A stretch of 64,000 nucleotides of DNA from an uncultured Gammaproteobacteria bacterium (GTDB taxonomy: Bacteria > Pseudomonadota > Gammaproteobacteria > Natronospirales > JAJUFS01): positions 53,335 to 117,334 of the forward strand of contig CAZRFE010000001.1 in assembly GCA_964599565.1 (NCBI GenBank). The letters are read 5' to 3'. This document shows, piece after piece, positions 18,036-26,388 of this stretch; the first letter of the stretch is position 1; each line of letters starts with the position of its first letter. Made by a program: the position numbers and the translations under genes. The notes below the pieces were generated by a model, which saw only the letters and a program-made list of their open reading frames with translations, ran no database searches and was not told the DNA's origin.

Positions 18036-19037
18036 CTAGCGCGTCATTCCGTCACGCAGGCGTTTCATCATCTGCGTGTCATCGGGCAGCAGGTCTGCTT
18101 CCGGCAGCCGCTCGAGCAGTTCCAGCCAGCCTGCGTCCTGCGCATACGCACGCTGCAGGTACGGCAACGCATCTTCCACGCGATTCACGCTCGCAAGCGA
18201 AACGCCGACCCAGAACGGCGCTTCACCGTCCGTCGCGCTGTCGGGAACGAGTTTCATTGCAGCCGAATACGCTTCCAGCGCCTTGTCGATGTCGCCATCG
18301 GCGACATGCACATCACCTTCATTCAGCTTGTGGTACGCGCGCTGCAAGGTCACGAGACGCTTGAGTTCCGCAACGGGATCAGCGTGATCCTCGACGCGAA
18401 GATCGAACAGCCGGTCCTGCCATGCGAGACCCGTCGGCTCGCCCGACACCACGATCAGTGCCGCCGATTGCCGGCCGCGCACGTCGCCGCCGGCGCGTTC
18501 CGCGGCTTCCAGTGCCGCGATCATGCGTGCAGCGAGATCGCCCGCTGACGCTTCAAATGCCTTCGACATCGCCTCCGGCACGCCCGCCTTCGCCATCATG
18601 TTGGCCTGCACGGAATAATTCTCGCCGACGACATGATTCGCGAAGCGTATTGCGCCATCGCCGGTATGCGCGGCAACGTTGCCGCGCGCATCGATCATCG
18701 CCACCTGGCGCACACTCTCGTTCACATCCGTCGTCACAAGCGCGCGCAATGCGTCTGTCGCCGAACGTCCGGTGCGCATCAATTCAAGTCCGAGCGGCCC
18801 ATACGCCGGTTCCACGAAGGATTGAGTCGCCACCGCGCCAACGCCCGCCTCGGCCCACGGGACGACCTGTCCGACGGAAAACCAGTGCGATTGCACGGCC
18901 ACGCCGAATTCACCGGTGGCAGGATCGCGCGCGACGATCGAATACGTCGCAACGGGCCGGCGAATCTTCGCGAAATCCGCCGCGAGCACGGGCAGCGCGA
19001 TCATGGAAAGCACGATCATCAGCAGGATCTTGCGCAT
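18036..19037 (-). CDS. secreted DUF1028 family protein (Ntn-hydrolase-like) with helical C-terminal extension
   Basis: Start MRKILLMIVLSMIALPVLA with RBS GGAGAA. DUF1028 N-terminal signature TYSIVARDPATGEFGVAVQSHWFSVG. TPR-like C-terminal tail. Confidence 0.75.
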   Translation of the reverse strand: MRKILLMIVLSMIALPVLAADFAKIRRPVATYSIVARDPATGEFGVAVQSHWFSVGQVVPWAEAGVGAVATQSFVEPAYGPLGLELMRTGRSATDALRALVTTDVNESVRQVAMIDARGNVAAHTGDGAIRFANHVVGENYSVQANMMAKAGVPEAMSKAFEASAGDLAARMIAALEAAERAGGDVRGRQSAALIVVSGEPTGLAWQDRLFDLRVEDHADPVAELKRLVTLQRAYHKLNEGDVHVADGDIDKALEAYSAAMKLVPDSATDGEAPFWVGVSLASVNRVEDALPYLQRAYAQDAGWLELLERLPEADLLPDDTQMMKRLRDGMTR

Positions 19038-19110
19038 GGCTTCTTCTCCACTGTCGAACCGGACATGAAGTGTGGCCTGTCGCCGCCACATCTTCCACGA
19101 ATTTCACGCA

Positions 19111-20406
19111 TCAGATATCAAGGCGCATGTTCTTCTGAATCTGCGACGCCCATGTTTCGGGAACACCGGCATCATTCGCATGGTCGCGCCAGCGGTCAAC
19201 GGCTGCTCGCACCTCGTCGATGATCGTATCCGCCACTCCGCGCTTCATGCTCGCAACGCGTCCGCAGGCGCGAAGATCGTCACGCGTGAAATCGTCGCGC
19301 TTGCCGTTCACCGTCATCTGGTGCGTCGACGTCCAGGTGCCTTCGGGATTGTAGCTGTAGGTGACATCGAACGCGGGTGACAGCGCCCAGTGGCCGGACT
19401 TGTCCATGAGGAACGCGATGTTCTTGACGTGATCGTCCTGGTTGCGCGCGATGACGTTGAACGCCATGCGGCGGAACTGCTGCTCGACGTCATCCATCGA
19501 AAGGCCGAGCCTGCGGATGACCGCAAGCGCCTGCTCGTAGGAATACGCACCGGCCATGTTGAAGTCGTAGTGCGCGAGCGCTGCGAGCGACTGCATGTGA
19601 AGCTTCGAGCCGTCGTCGCGACGATCGAAACGCTTCGTCATGAAATGCGCGCGACCGTCCTCGTGCATGAGATGGCATGCGCTCATGTTGATGCCTGCCG
19701 CCGCTGCCATCTTCGAGTACGCGTACTCGATCTTCCCGTAGCCGCGCGGATCTTCCAGTTCCTTGTCCTTGTTGCCGGCAACGCCATCGAACTTCAGCAG
19801 CCAGTATTCGAATCCTTCCCCTGCCGCGGCCTGGCCGGAACGCACTTCGTTCGTCTCCCGGTTCCATGCAATGAGCGCCTTCGCGCGCGCACCGCCGGCG
19901 GACGTGCCGACGCGCAGGATGTCGCGCAGTGCTTCTTCCCTGTCTTCGCGAAACGACACGCTGAAGTTCTGCCGGTGCGTGAGGATTTCCGAAGCAAGTT
20001 CGACGAGCGCGTCGACGCGAATGTCCTTCGCCGCGCCTGGCGATGGTCCGAGCGTGGGATGAAACTCCAGCGCGCCGACACCGCGCGTACCGACGTAGCA
20101 CAACCGCTCGACGGCATCGAAGCTTTCCGGCGCGCGATTCTGCGTTGCGAGCCAGGCGTTGATGAGCGCGTTGCCGAACTTGTCCGGCAGCGAATCCGCA
20201 AGCAGTCCCGGCAATCCGTGGAAACTCGCCGGCGAAAGTTCCGGAAAGCGGTACGGCGGTTTTGCGAGCGGCATCACGAGCGGCGAGATCTCGATGCCGC
20301 TCTCAGCGAATGCCGCGTCGTACTGGAAGCGTGCGAATGTTGCGCCTTCTTCAAGCGACACCGCGCCGATGGTCCGGCCCCAGAGCCGCACTTCCGCGAG
20401 CGTCAC
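19111..20406 (-). CDS. hipA: type II toxin HipA family serine/threonine kinase
   Basis: 431 aa with a HipA N-terminal pattern (VRLWGRTIGAVS). Kinase core has ARNQDDHVKNIAFL. The GTG start overlaps the hipB stop (GTGA). Confidence 0.85.
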   Translation of the reverse strand: MTLAEVRLWGRTIGAVSLEEGATFARFQYDAAFAESGIEISPLVMPLAKPPYRFPELSPASFHGLPGLLADSLPDKFGNALINAWLATQNRAPESFDAVERLCYVGTRGVGALEFHPTLGPSPGAAKDIRVDALVELASEILTHRQNFSVSFREDREEALRDILRVGTSAGGARAKALIAWNRETNEVRSGQAAAGEGFEYWLLKFDGVAGNKDKELEDPRGYGKIEYAYSKMAAAAGINMSACHLMHEDGRAHFMTKRFDRRDDGSKLHMQSLAALAHYDFNMAGAYSYEQALAVIRRLGLSMDDVEQQFRRMAFNVIARNQDDHVKNIAFLMDKSGHWALSPAFDVTYSYNPEGTWTSTHQMTVNGKRDDFTRDDLRACGRVASMKRGVADTIIDEVRAAVDRWRDHANDAGVPETWASQIQKNMRLDI

Positions 20407-20750
20407 GATTCATCTCCCCATTGCCAGGGCTTGCGTGACGAACGCGCACGCTTGCCGGTGCGGACACGCCGGCGCGGCTTGCCATGTCGCAGAAGATCCA
20501 TCGGGCCGGGCGTTGCCGGCGGCAGCAAGGCATCAAGACCGCCAAGCAGTGAAAGCGTACGAAGCACGCGAACCAGGCTTGTGAGCTGGACCGAACTGCC
20601 CGCCTCCAGCCGCTCGACCGTGCGCTTGGAAACGCCCGATTCGCGCGCCAGTTCCTCCTGCGTATAGCCAGCCTCTACGCGGCGGTGCGTCATGCGAACG
20701 CCGAGTTCCGCGAGAACCGCGTTATCCACGAGTTCATTGCTGATCTTCAT
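20403..20750 (-). CDS. hipB: XRE-family HTH antitoxin HipB
   Basis: HTH YTQEELARESGVSKRTVERLEAG. Located immediately upstream of hipA and overlapping it. Basic C-terminal tail containing Trp residues. Confidence 0.8.
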   Translation of the reverse strand: MKISNELVDNAVLAELGVRMTHRRVEAGYTQEELARESGVSKRTVERLEAGSSVQLTSLVRVLRTLSLLGGLDALLPPATPGPMDLLRHGKPRRRVRTGKRARSSRKPWQWGDES

Positions 20751-20785
20751 TAATCGTCTTTTCTGGCGAAATTTAACTGCATAAA

Positions 20786-20882
20786 CCGATAATTCGCCGA
20801 TTCAGGCGAAAAATCAACAGTCATTTTGCCGAACACACGACGTTATCCAGCACTTTTATCGACAAAATTGGCGAATTATCGG
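20786..20882. promoter_or_regulatory. 13-bp inverted repeat pair in the hipBA promoter region (putative HipB operators)
   Basis: CCGATAATTCGCC (20786-20798) and its exact reverse complement GGCGAATTATCGG (20870-20882). Additional GGCGAA half-sites occur in an AT-rich region upstream of hipB. Confidence 0.4.
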
Positions 20883-20951
20883 AAGCGGCTCCGGGAGCCG
20901 AGGACATCAGGGAAACGAGCAGAAGACAGGAATCCGGCAATCACAGGGTAC

Positions 20952-20981
20952 AAAAAAGGGTCAGGCTGCGAAGCCTGACCC
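20952..20981 (-). terminator. rho-independent terminator downstream of tRNA-Thr
   Basis: 10-bp stem GGGTCAGGCT/AGCCTGACCC followed by UUUUUU on the minus strand. Confidence 0.85.
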
Positions 20982-20991
20982 TTCTTGTTCG

Positions 20992-21067
<76 letters not shown>

Positions 21068-21085
21068 GTATCGCGGAAGGCGCGC

Positions 21086-21114
21086 ATTATATGGGATGCC
21101 CCGGATGCGGGCAA
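21086..21114 (-). promoter_or_regulatory. sigma-70-type promoter for tRNA-Thr
   Basis: On the minus strand: TTGCCC, 17-nt spacer, TATAAT, then the GC-rich discriminator GCGCGCC, about 12 nt before the mature 5' end. Confidence 0.5.
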
Positions 21115-21129
21115 CGCAAATGGAGACAC

Positions 21130-21537
21130 TCAGCGGCGCGGACGAACGCGGATCACGACGTCGACGCCGGCGAGTTCGCTGCCCTGCGGAATCGCCGGCA
21201 GGCTTGCAAAACTCACCGCGCTGGTCGGGATGTCGCTGAGCTCGCCGCTGGACACATCATAGAAATGATGATGCTCGCAGGTGACGGAATCGTAGAAGAC
21301 CCGTCCCGCGTCCACGACGACCTCACGCACCAGGCCACGCTCGCTGAACAGTTTCAGCGTGTTGTAGACCGTGGCGATGGACACGCGCCGCGAGGTGGCG
21401 TTGACCCGGGCGTGCACCTGTTCGGCCGTGAGATGTTGCGGACGGTTCAGCAGGACGCCGGCAATGGCAAGCCGCTGCGGCGTGGGAGTGATGCCCTGGC
21501 CGGCCAGGTGCGCCGTCATTTCGGGGGTATCAAGCAT
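21130..21537 (-). CDS. Fur-family transcriptional regulator, Irr-like
   Basis: Winged-helix motifs TPQRLAIAGVL, HLTAEQV and SIATVYNTL. HHH motif (CEHHHFYD). No CxxC zinc pairs. C-terminal end VDVVIRVR resembles Bradyrhizobium Irr as recalled. Confidence 0.75.
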   Translation of the reverse strand: MLDTPEMTAHLAGQGITPTPQRLAIAGVLLNRPQHLTAEQVHARVNATSRRVSIATVYNTLKLFSERGLVREVVVDAGRVFYDSVTCEHHHFYDVSSGELSDIPTSAVSFASLPAIPQGSELAGVDVVIRVRPRR

Positions 21538-21612
21538 GGGACAAGTATAGTTTTATGGTCCCGCACTCGTCCAATTCATTGTATTGACTGGATTTTCCGA
21601 CTCAGGACGAAA

Positions 21613-22710
21613 TCAGCGGCCTGGACGATACTCGCTGGGATCAAGGATGGGCGAACGCTCGAGCACGACGTCGGCAAGCAGGCGCGCAGACGCGGGTGCG
21701 GTGGTGAGGCCGTGGCGGAAATGCCCGGTGTTGAGATACAGCCCGCGCATTTCCGGGTGCGCGCCGATGTACGGCAGCTCATCGCGCGTCGCGGGGCGAA
21801 GTCCGGCCCAGTGCCGCTCGACCTTGAGATTGCCGAGCGCGGGCAGCAGGCGCGCGGCAAATTCCTGCAGCTGGTCGCGCGCCTCGTCCGTCGCGTCACG
21901 GTCGAAACCGGCCTCCTCGACGGTACTGCCGACGACAATGCTGCCGCTGCGCCGAGGAATGATGTAGCAGCCGCGATCAAGAAGAATGCGCGTGAGCAGT
22001 CCCGGCGGACCATCGAACTGGATGACCTGCCCTTTCACCGGGCGCACGTCGCCGGCGACACCGAGGGATTTCAGCAGCTCGCCGGACCATGCGCCCGCGG
22101 AGATGACGACGCGCTCCGCGGCGATCTCGCCGGCCGCGGTCATGACGCCGGTGATGCGTCCATCGCGGCTCGCGATGCCAGTGACTTCGAGATCTTCACG
22201 GATGGGAATACCGCTGCCGTACACCGATTCCGTGAGCGCGCGCATGAGCCGCGAACTGTGTACATGCGAAACGGTGGGCAGGAAAACCGCGGACCGCGCA
22301 GGACTGCCGCCGAGTGCGGGTTCGCACGCGACGACCTGGCGCGGATCGAGCACATCCAGCGGCCGCGCGCCGTAGCGCGCCCAGGCCTGCGCGACCTGCC
22401 GCTCATCGTCCCCGAACACCAGCATGCCGCTGTTGACAAGTTCGGGATCGATGACGGTATCGCGGCGCAGATCGTCGACGAGCACGGGGTAGTACTGCTG
22501 GCTCCAGTGCGCCAGGGCCTGCAACGGCGCGCGCACGCGCCATGGATAAAGAGGAGAGAGAATGCCGGCCGATGCACGCGATGCTTCGCGGCCCGGCTGC
22601 GCGCGGTCAAGCAGCAGCACGGAAAGACCGGCACGACCGAGCTCCCGCGCGGTAAGAAGGCCGAAAACCCCTGCACCGACTACGATGACGTCCGGTTTCT
22701 GGCTGGTCAT
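21613..22710 (-). CDS. FAD-dependent oxidoreductase (DAO/ThiO-like)
   Basis: Start MTSQKPDVIVVGAGVFGLLTAREL (GxGxxG Rossmann). DAO-family length. Sits where a D-amino-acid-oxidase-like gene lies upstream of fimT in P. aeruginosa, as recalled. Confidence 0.8.
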   Translation of the reverse strand: MTSQKPDVIVVGAGVFGLLTARELGRAGLSVLLLDRAQPGREASRASAGILSPLYPWRVRAPLQALAHWSQQYYPVLVDDLRRDTVIDPELVNSGMLVFGDDERQVAQAWARYGARPLDVLDPRQVVACEPALGGSPARSAVFLPTVSHVHSSRLMRALTESVYGSGIPIREDLEVTGIASRDGRITGVMTAAGEIAAERVVISAGAWSGELLKSLGVAGDVRPVKGQVIQFDGPPGLLTRILLDRGCYIIPRRSGSIVVGSTVEEAGFDRDATDEARDQLQEFAARLLPALGNLKVERHWAGLRPATRDELPYIGAHPEMRGLYLNTGHFRHGLTTAPASARLLADVVLERSPILDPSEYRPGR

Positions 22711-22831
22711 TCGCTGGTCCCCATCCCCCGCAGGCATTTCTTGCTAGAATTCTGGCGGTCATTGTGCCATTCGGCACAACCCGGCACCAGCAAGCCCCGA
22801 AGGCTTCACAGCTCCACGGAAGGAGAACGCC

Positions 22832-23350
22832 ATGCGCAAGGACAGCGGTTTCACACTTCTTGAACTGATGGCCGTCATCGCGGTGATGGCGATACTCGCC
22901 GGCGTCGGCGTTCCCTCGCTGCTCAACTTCATGGACAGCAACCGCCGGGCGGCCGCGGCCAACGCGCTGGTGGTGGATGTCCAGCAGGGCCGCAACGTCG
23001 CCGCAACCGGCGGATCGCAGGTCGTGCTTTGCCACTCGCCGGCCGGTGTGAAGTGCTCCAACGCAATCGCCCCCGACTGGTCGGAAGGCTGGATCGTTTT
23101 CGTGGATACCGACGCCAACACACTGCGAACCGCCGATGAGCGGCTGCTGGCGGTGACCTCGAAGCGCAAAGGCGTCGAGATGCCGTCAACCAGCGGCAGC
23201 ATCGTTTTCAAGGCCGGGCTTCTCCAGCCCGGCTTTGGCGTGACGGTGGCGGTATGCATCGAGGGCAAGGACGATCGCTGGATTGTCATCGGACCGACGG
23301 GCCGTCCCGCATTGAAGACGAAGAGCGCGGACATCACCTGCACGATCTGA
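22832..23350 (+). CDS. fimT: GspH/FimT-family type IV minor pilin
   Basis: Prepilin leader and cleavage motif MRKDSG|FTLLELM. GspH-like body WSEGWIVFVDTD. RBS GGAAGGAG. Confidence 0.8.
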   Translation: MRKDSGFTLLELMAVIAVMAILAGVGVPSLLNFMDSNRRAAAANALVVDVQQGRNVAATGGSQVVLCHSPAGVKCSNAIAPDWSEGWIVFVDTDANTLRTADERLLAVTSKRKGVEMPSTSGSIVFKAGLLQPGFGVTVAVCIEGKDDRWIVIGPTGRPALKTKSADITCTI

Positions 23351-23492
23351 CGCGCACCGACCAACCTTTCTCCGCTCCCATCTCCTCAGTTCACTGTTCT
23401 CCATAGGGTTTTCCCCGGTTCACATCGGCGAAATGTAGCCACTTATCGGCTGTTGGGTTGTTCACCCCATTCCATTGCCTATATTCGGGCAC

Positions 23493-24086
23493 ATGAAACG
23501 AACCGCCCATGGCTTCACGATGATCGAGCTGCTGGTGACCATCACCATTGCGGCCATTCTCGCCACCATCGCCCTGCCGGCGATGGGCGATTTCATCAAG
23601 AACGCGCGCGTGACCGCCCTGGTGAACGACTTCATCGCTGCATCAACCATCGCGCGCAGCGAAGCGACCAAGCGGCGGACCATCGTTACGCTGTGCGCGA
23701 GCGCGAACGCGCTGACCGCGACGCCGGGCTGCGATACCTCCGTAAACGCTTCCTGGACCAAGGGCTGGATCGTGTTCGTGGACACCGACGGCGACGCCGT
23801 CGTGGACGCGGGCGAGGAACTCGTCCAGCAGCAGGGTCCGCAGGACAGCACCATGACGATCGCCGCAGACGCAGCGTTCGCGAAGTACGTGTCGTTCTCG
23901 TCGCGAGGCGAGACGCGCGACACCAGTGGCAAGTCGGTAACGGGCGACATGGTCTTCTGCGATGACCGCGGCATCGCTGGCGGCGACATTTCGACCGCGC
24001 GCGGCCTGAACATCAGCCGTACCGGCAGGCCGCATTCGCTGCGCAACAAGACCGACATCACCAATCTCGGAATCGATTGCCCATGA
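23493..24086 (+). CDS. fimU: GspH/FimU-family type IV minor pilin
   Basis: MKRTAHG|FTMIELLV prepilin N-terminus. GspH-like WTKGWIVFVDTDGD. The stop overlaps the pilV ATG. Confidence 0.8.
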   Translation: MKRTAHGFTMIELLVTITIAAILATIALPAMGDFIKNARVTALVNDFIAASTIARSEATKRRTIVTLCASANALTATPGCDTSVNASWTKGWIVFVDTDGDAVVDAGEELVQQQGPQDSTMTIAADAAFAKYVSFSSRGETRDTSGKSVTGDMVFCDDRGIAGGDISTARGLNISRTGRPHSLRNKTDITNLGIDCP

Positions 24087-24568
24087 GACGCGAAACGCAC
24101 AACCGCTCGCGCGGCTTCTCGCTGATCGAAGTGCTGGTCGCGCTGTTCGTGCTGTCCGTCGGAATGATGGGCGTCGCGGCGCTGTTCGTGAGCAGCCTGC
24201 AGTATGGCGGCAGCGCAATCCTGCGCACGCGCGCCGTCAATTTCGCCGACGACATGGCAGATCGCATTCGCGCGAACGCCGCGGCCGGCGCGAGTTACGT
24301 CACAGCACTCACCGACGCTGGCACCAACAGCAAGTACTGCAGCGATACCGGTGCGGCGGTTGCAGCGGCGTGCACCGAAGACGAACTCGCAGTGCATGAC
24401 GTGTACCTGTGGAAACAGGCGATAACGGGTGCAGCGACCGGACTGCCCGGCGGCCAGGGCTCGGTCGCGCAGAACACGGCAACGGATCCCCCGACGTACA
24501 CGATCACCGTGCAGTGGTCGGAGCGAGAAGAAACCAACACCTACACGACGATCGTCCAGACGCCATGA
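24083..24568 (+). CDS. pilV: type IV pilus minor pilin PilV
   Basis: RSRG|FSLIEVLVALFVLSVGMMGVAAL is the PilV N-terminal signature. ATGA coupling on both sides. Confidence 0.85.
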   Translation: MRRETHNRSRGFSLIEVLVALFVLSVGMMGVAALFVSSLQYGGSAILRTRAVNFADDMADRIRANAAAGASYVTALTDAGTNSKYCSDTGAAVAAACTEDELAVHDVYLWKQAITGAATGLPGGQGSVAQNTATDPPTYTITVQWSEREETNTYTTIVQTP

Positions 24569-25527
24569 AGAGACTGCGCACCATGACGGGAATGCATCAA
24601 CGCGGCATGACGCTGATCGAGCTGATGATCGCGATGGTGCTCGGACTGTTCATCATCGGCGGCACGCTGGCCGTGCATATTTCATCGAGCGACGCGCGCA
24701 ATACCAACGACGCCATCGCACGCGTGCAGGAGAACGGCCGCTACGCGCTGCGCGTGCTGAAGGAAGACCTGCAGCTCGCCGGCTACTGGGGACTGACGCG
24801 CGAACTCGGCATCATCGACGGTTACAAGGGAACGGCATCGCAGCTTGCGGAGATGAGCGACGACTGCGAATCGCGCTGGTACATCGATCTGTTGAACGCC
24901 ATCATTGCGTCAGACAACACCAACCCGTATTCCGCAAGCTGCCTTAAAGCCAGCGAGTATCTTGCCAACACCGACGTGCTGGTCGTGCGGTACGCATCGC
25001 CAACCCCGGCGACGACAATCCAAGACGGCCTGATGTACATCCGCTCCGACGCAGGCCGCGGTGAGATCTACCAGGGCGCGGACGGTGCCACCGGCACGTA
25101 CACCGCAAGCGCGGAAGACCATCGCCTGATCACACATCTTTATTACGTCCGTCCGTATACGTTCAGCGCAGGCGACGGCCTGCCGTCGCTCCGCCGGCTG
25201 GTGCTTGATGAGAAAAGCGACGAACCCGTACTCAGGGACGAAGAAGTGATCGCCGGCGTCGAAGACCTGCAGGTGCAGTACGGCGTGGACGACGACGGCG
25301 ACGGCGCCATCAATCGCTACGTGAACGCCGACACCGCAGGCAGCGGAAAGATACTCGCGGTGAGACTGTGGGTGATGGCACGCGCGCAATCGCCGGAAAC
25401 AGGTCTTGTCGACAACAACACGTACACCTACGCCAGCACGTCGGTGACGCCCGGCGACAACATCCGCCGCCTGCTCGTCACCTCGACGGTCCAGCTCCGC
25501 AACCTTGTACCGGTTCCCGCGCCATGA
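24565..25527 (+). CDS. pilW: type IV pilus minor pilin PilW
   Basis: QRG|MTLIELMIAMVLGLFIIGG, then RVQENGRYALRVLKEDLQLAGYWG (PilW family). Confidence 0.85.
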   Translation: MKRLRTMTGMHQRGMTLIELMIAMVLGLFIIGGTLAVHISSSDARNTNDAIARVQENGRYALRVLKEDLQLAGYWGLTRELGIIDGYKGTASQLAEMSDDCESRWYIDLLNAIIASDNTNPYSASCLKASEYLANTDVLVVRYASPTPATTIQDGLMYIRSDAGRGEIYQGADGATGTYTASAEDHRLITHLYYVRPYTFSAGDGLPSLRRLVLDEKSDEPVLRDEEVIAGVEDLQVQYGVDDDGDGAINRYVNADTAGSGKILAVRLWVMARAQSPETGLVDNNTYTYASTSVTPGDNIRRLLVTSTVQLRNLVPVPAP

Positions 25528-25979
25528 ACAGGAACATGCACATGAAGACCGCGTCCTTTCCGCGCCCGCAGCGCGGTGCAGCGCTGTTCGTCGCGCTGAT
25601 ACTGCTGCTCGTGATCACCATTCTCGCCGTCTCGACGATGGGAACGGCGCGACTCGAACTGCGCATGGCAGGCAACTCGCAGTTCAGCCTGCAGGCATTC
25701 CAGGCCGCGCAGTCCGCCATCGAAGTACGCATCGCGACAACGGAATTCACCACCGGCACGGCACCGGCGGAACAGACGCACACATTCACCACGATCGGCT
25801 CGGAAGCAAAGTCGAACGTCGCCTACCGGACGGCAACCGACGTGCCATCCGGCGGCTACAGCCTTGGCGCCGGGTTCCAGGCCTACCACTTCCAGATCGA
25901 CGTTGCCGCCACGGCGCCGCGTGGCGCGGTGTCCAACCAGACCCAGGGAATCTACATCGTGGGTCCGGGCGGCACGTGA
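25524..25979 (+). CDS. pilX: type IV pilus minor pilin PilX
   Basis: QRGAALFVALILLLVITILAVSTMGTARLELRMAGN is a PilX N-terminal domain. ATGA overlap with the pilW stop. Confidence 0.8.
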   Translation: MNRNMHMKTASFPRPQRGAALFVALILLLVITILAVSTMGTARLELRMAGNSQFSLQAFQAAQSAIEVRIATTEFTTGTAPAEQTHTFTTIGSEAKSNVAYRTATDVPSGGYSLGAGFQAYHFQIDVAATAPRGAVSNQTQGIYIVGPGGT

Positions 25980-26008
25980 AGCGCATGAACCAGACGAGGT
26001 TTGCAGAC

Positions 26009-26332
26009 ATGAAACAGATCGCCATACGCATCGGCTGCATCGTCGCCGCCTTCCTCGTGGCAGGCAGCGCGAATGCGTACATCGAGGAAATCGAGAAGGG
26101 TTACGAGGTGAACGAGCTGCTTGTCGTGATGACGGCATCCGATACCGGCACCGCCATCGTCAGGGAGTGCGACACCTGCGAAGACGTCACGCTGGAGATC
26201 ACCCCGGAAACGCGGCTCTACAAGTCCAACCGTGAAGTGCCGCTCGCGCAGGTATTGCGTTATCGCGGACAGCCCGGCGTGGTGTTCCGCGAAATGAAAT
26301 CGAAGCACGTCACCCGCATCAAGATCTACTGA
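26009..26332 (+). CDS. hypothetical small secreted protein between pilX and pilY1
   Basis: 107 aa. Signal peptide MKQIAIRIGCIVAAFLVAGSANA|YIEE. Strong GC3 bias. Alternative ATG at 25985. No family recognised. Confidence 0.6.
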   Translation: MKQIAIRIGCIVAAFLVAGSANAYIEEIEKGYEVNELLVVMTASDTGTAIVRECDTCEDVTLEITPETRLYKSNREVPLAQVLRYRGQPGVVFREMKSKHVTRIKIY

Positions 26333-26388
26333 CAACACGCGGAGACAACGCCGCACAGGAAATGGTGCGCTGTCACCGGAGAACGCAG

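Noticed and set aside
22711-22831. Possible sigma-54 promoter or AlgR sites upstream of fimT
   Set aside because: GGCAC elements are present (ggcacaacccggcacc), but the spacing and the TTGC element do not fit TGGCAC-N5-TTGC. There is no convincing AlgR-like CCGT.CGTC motif.
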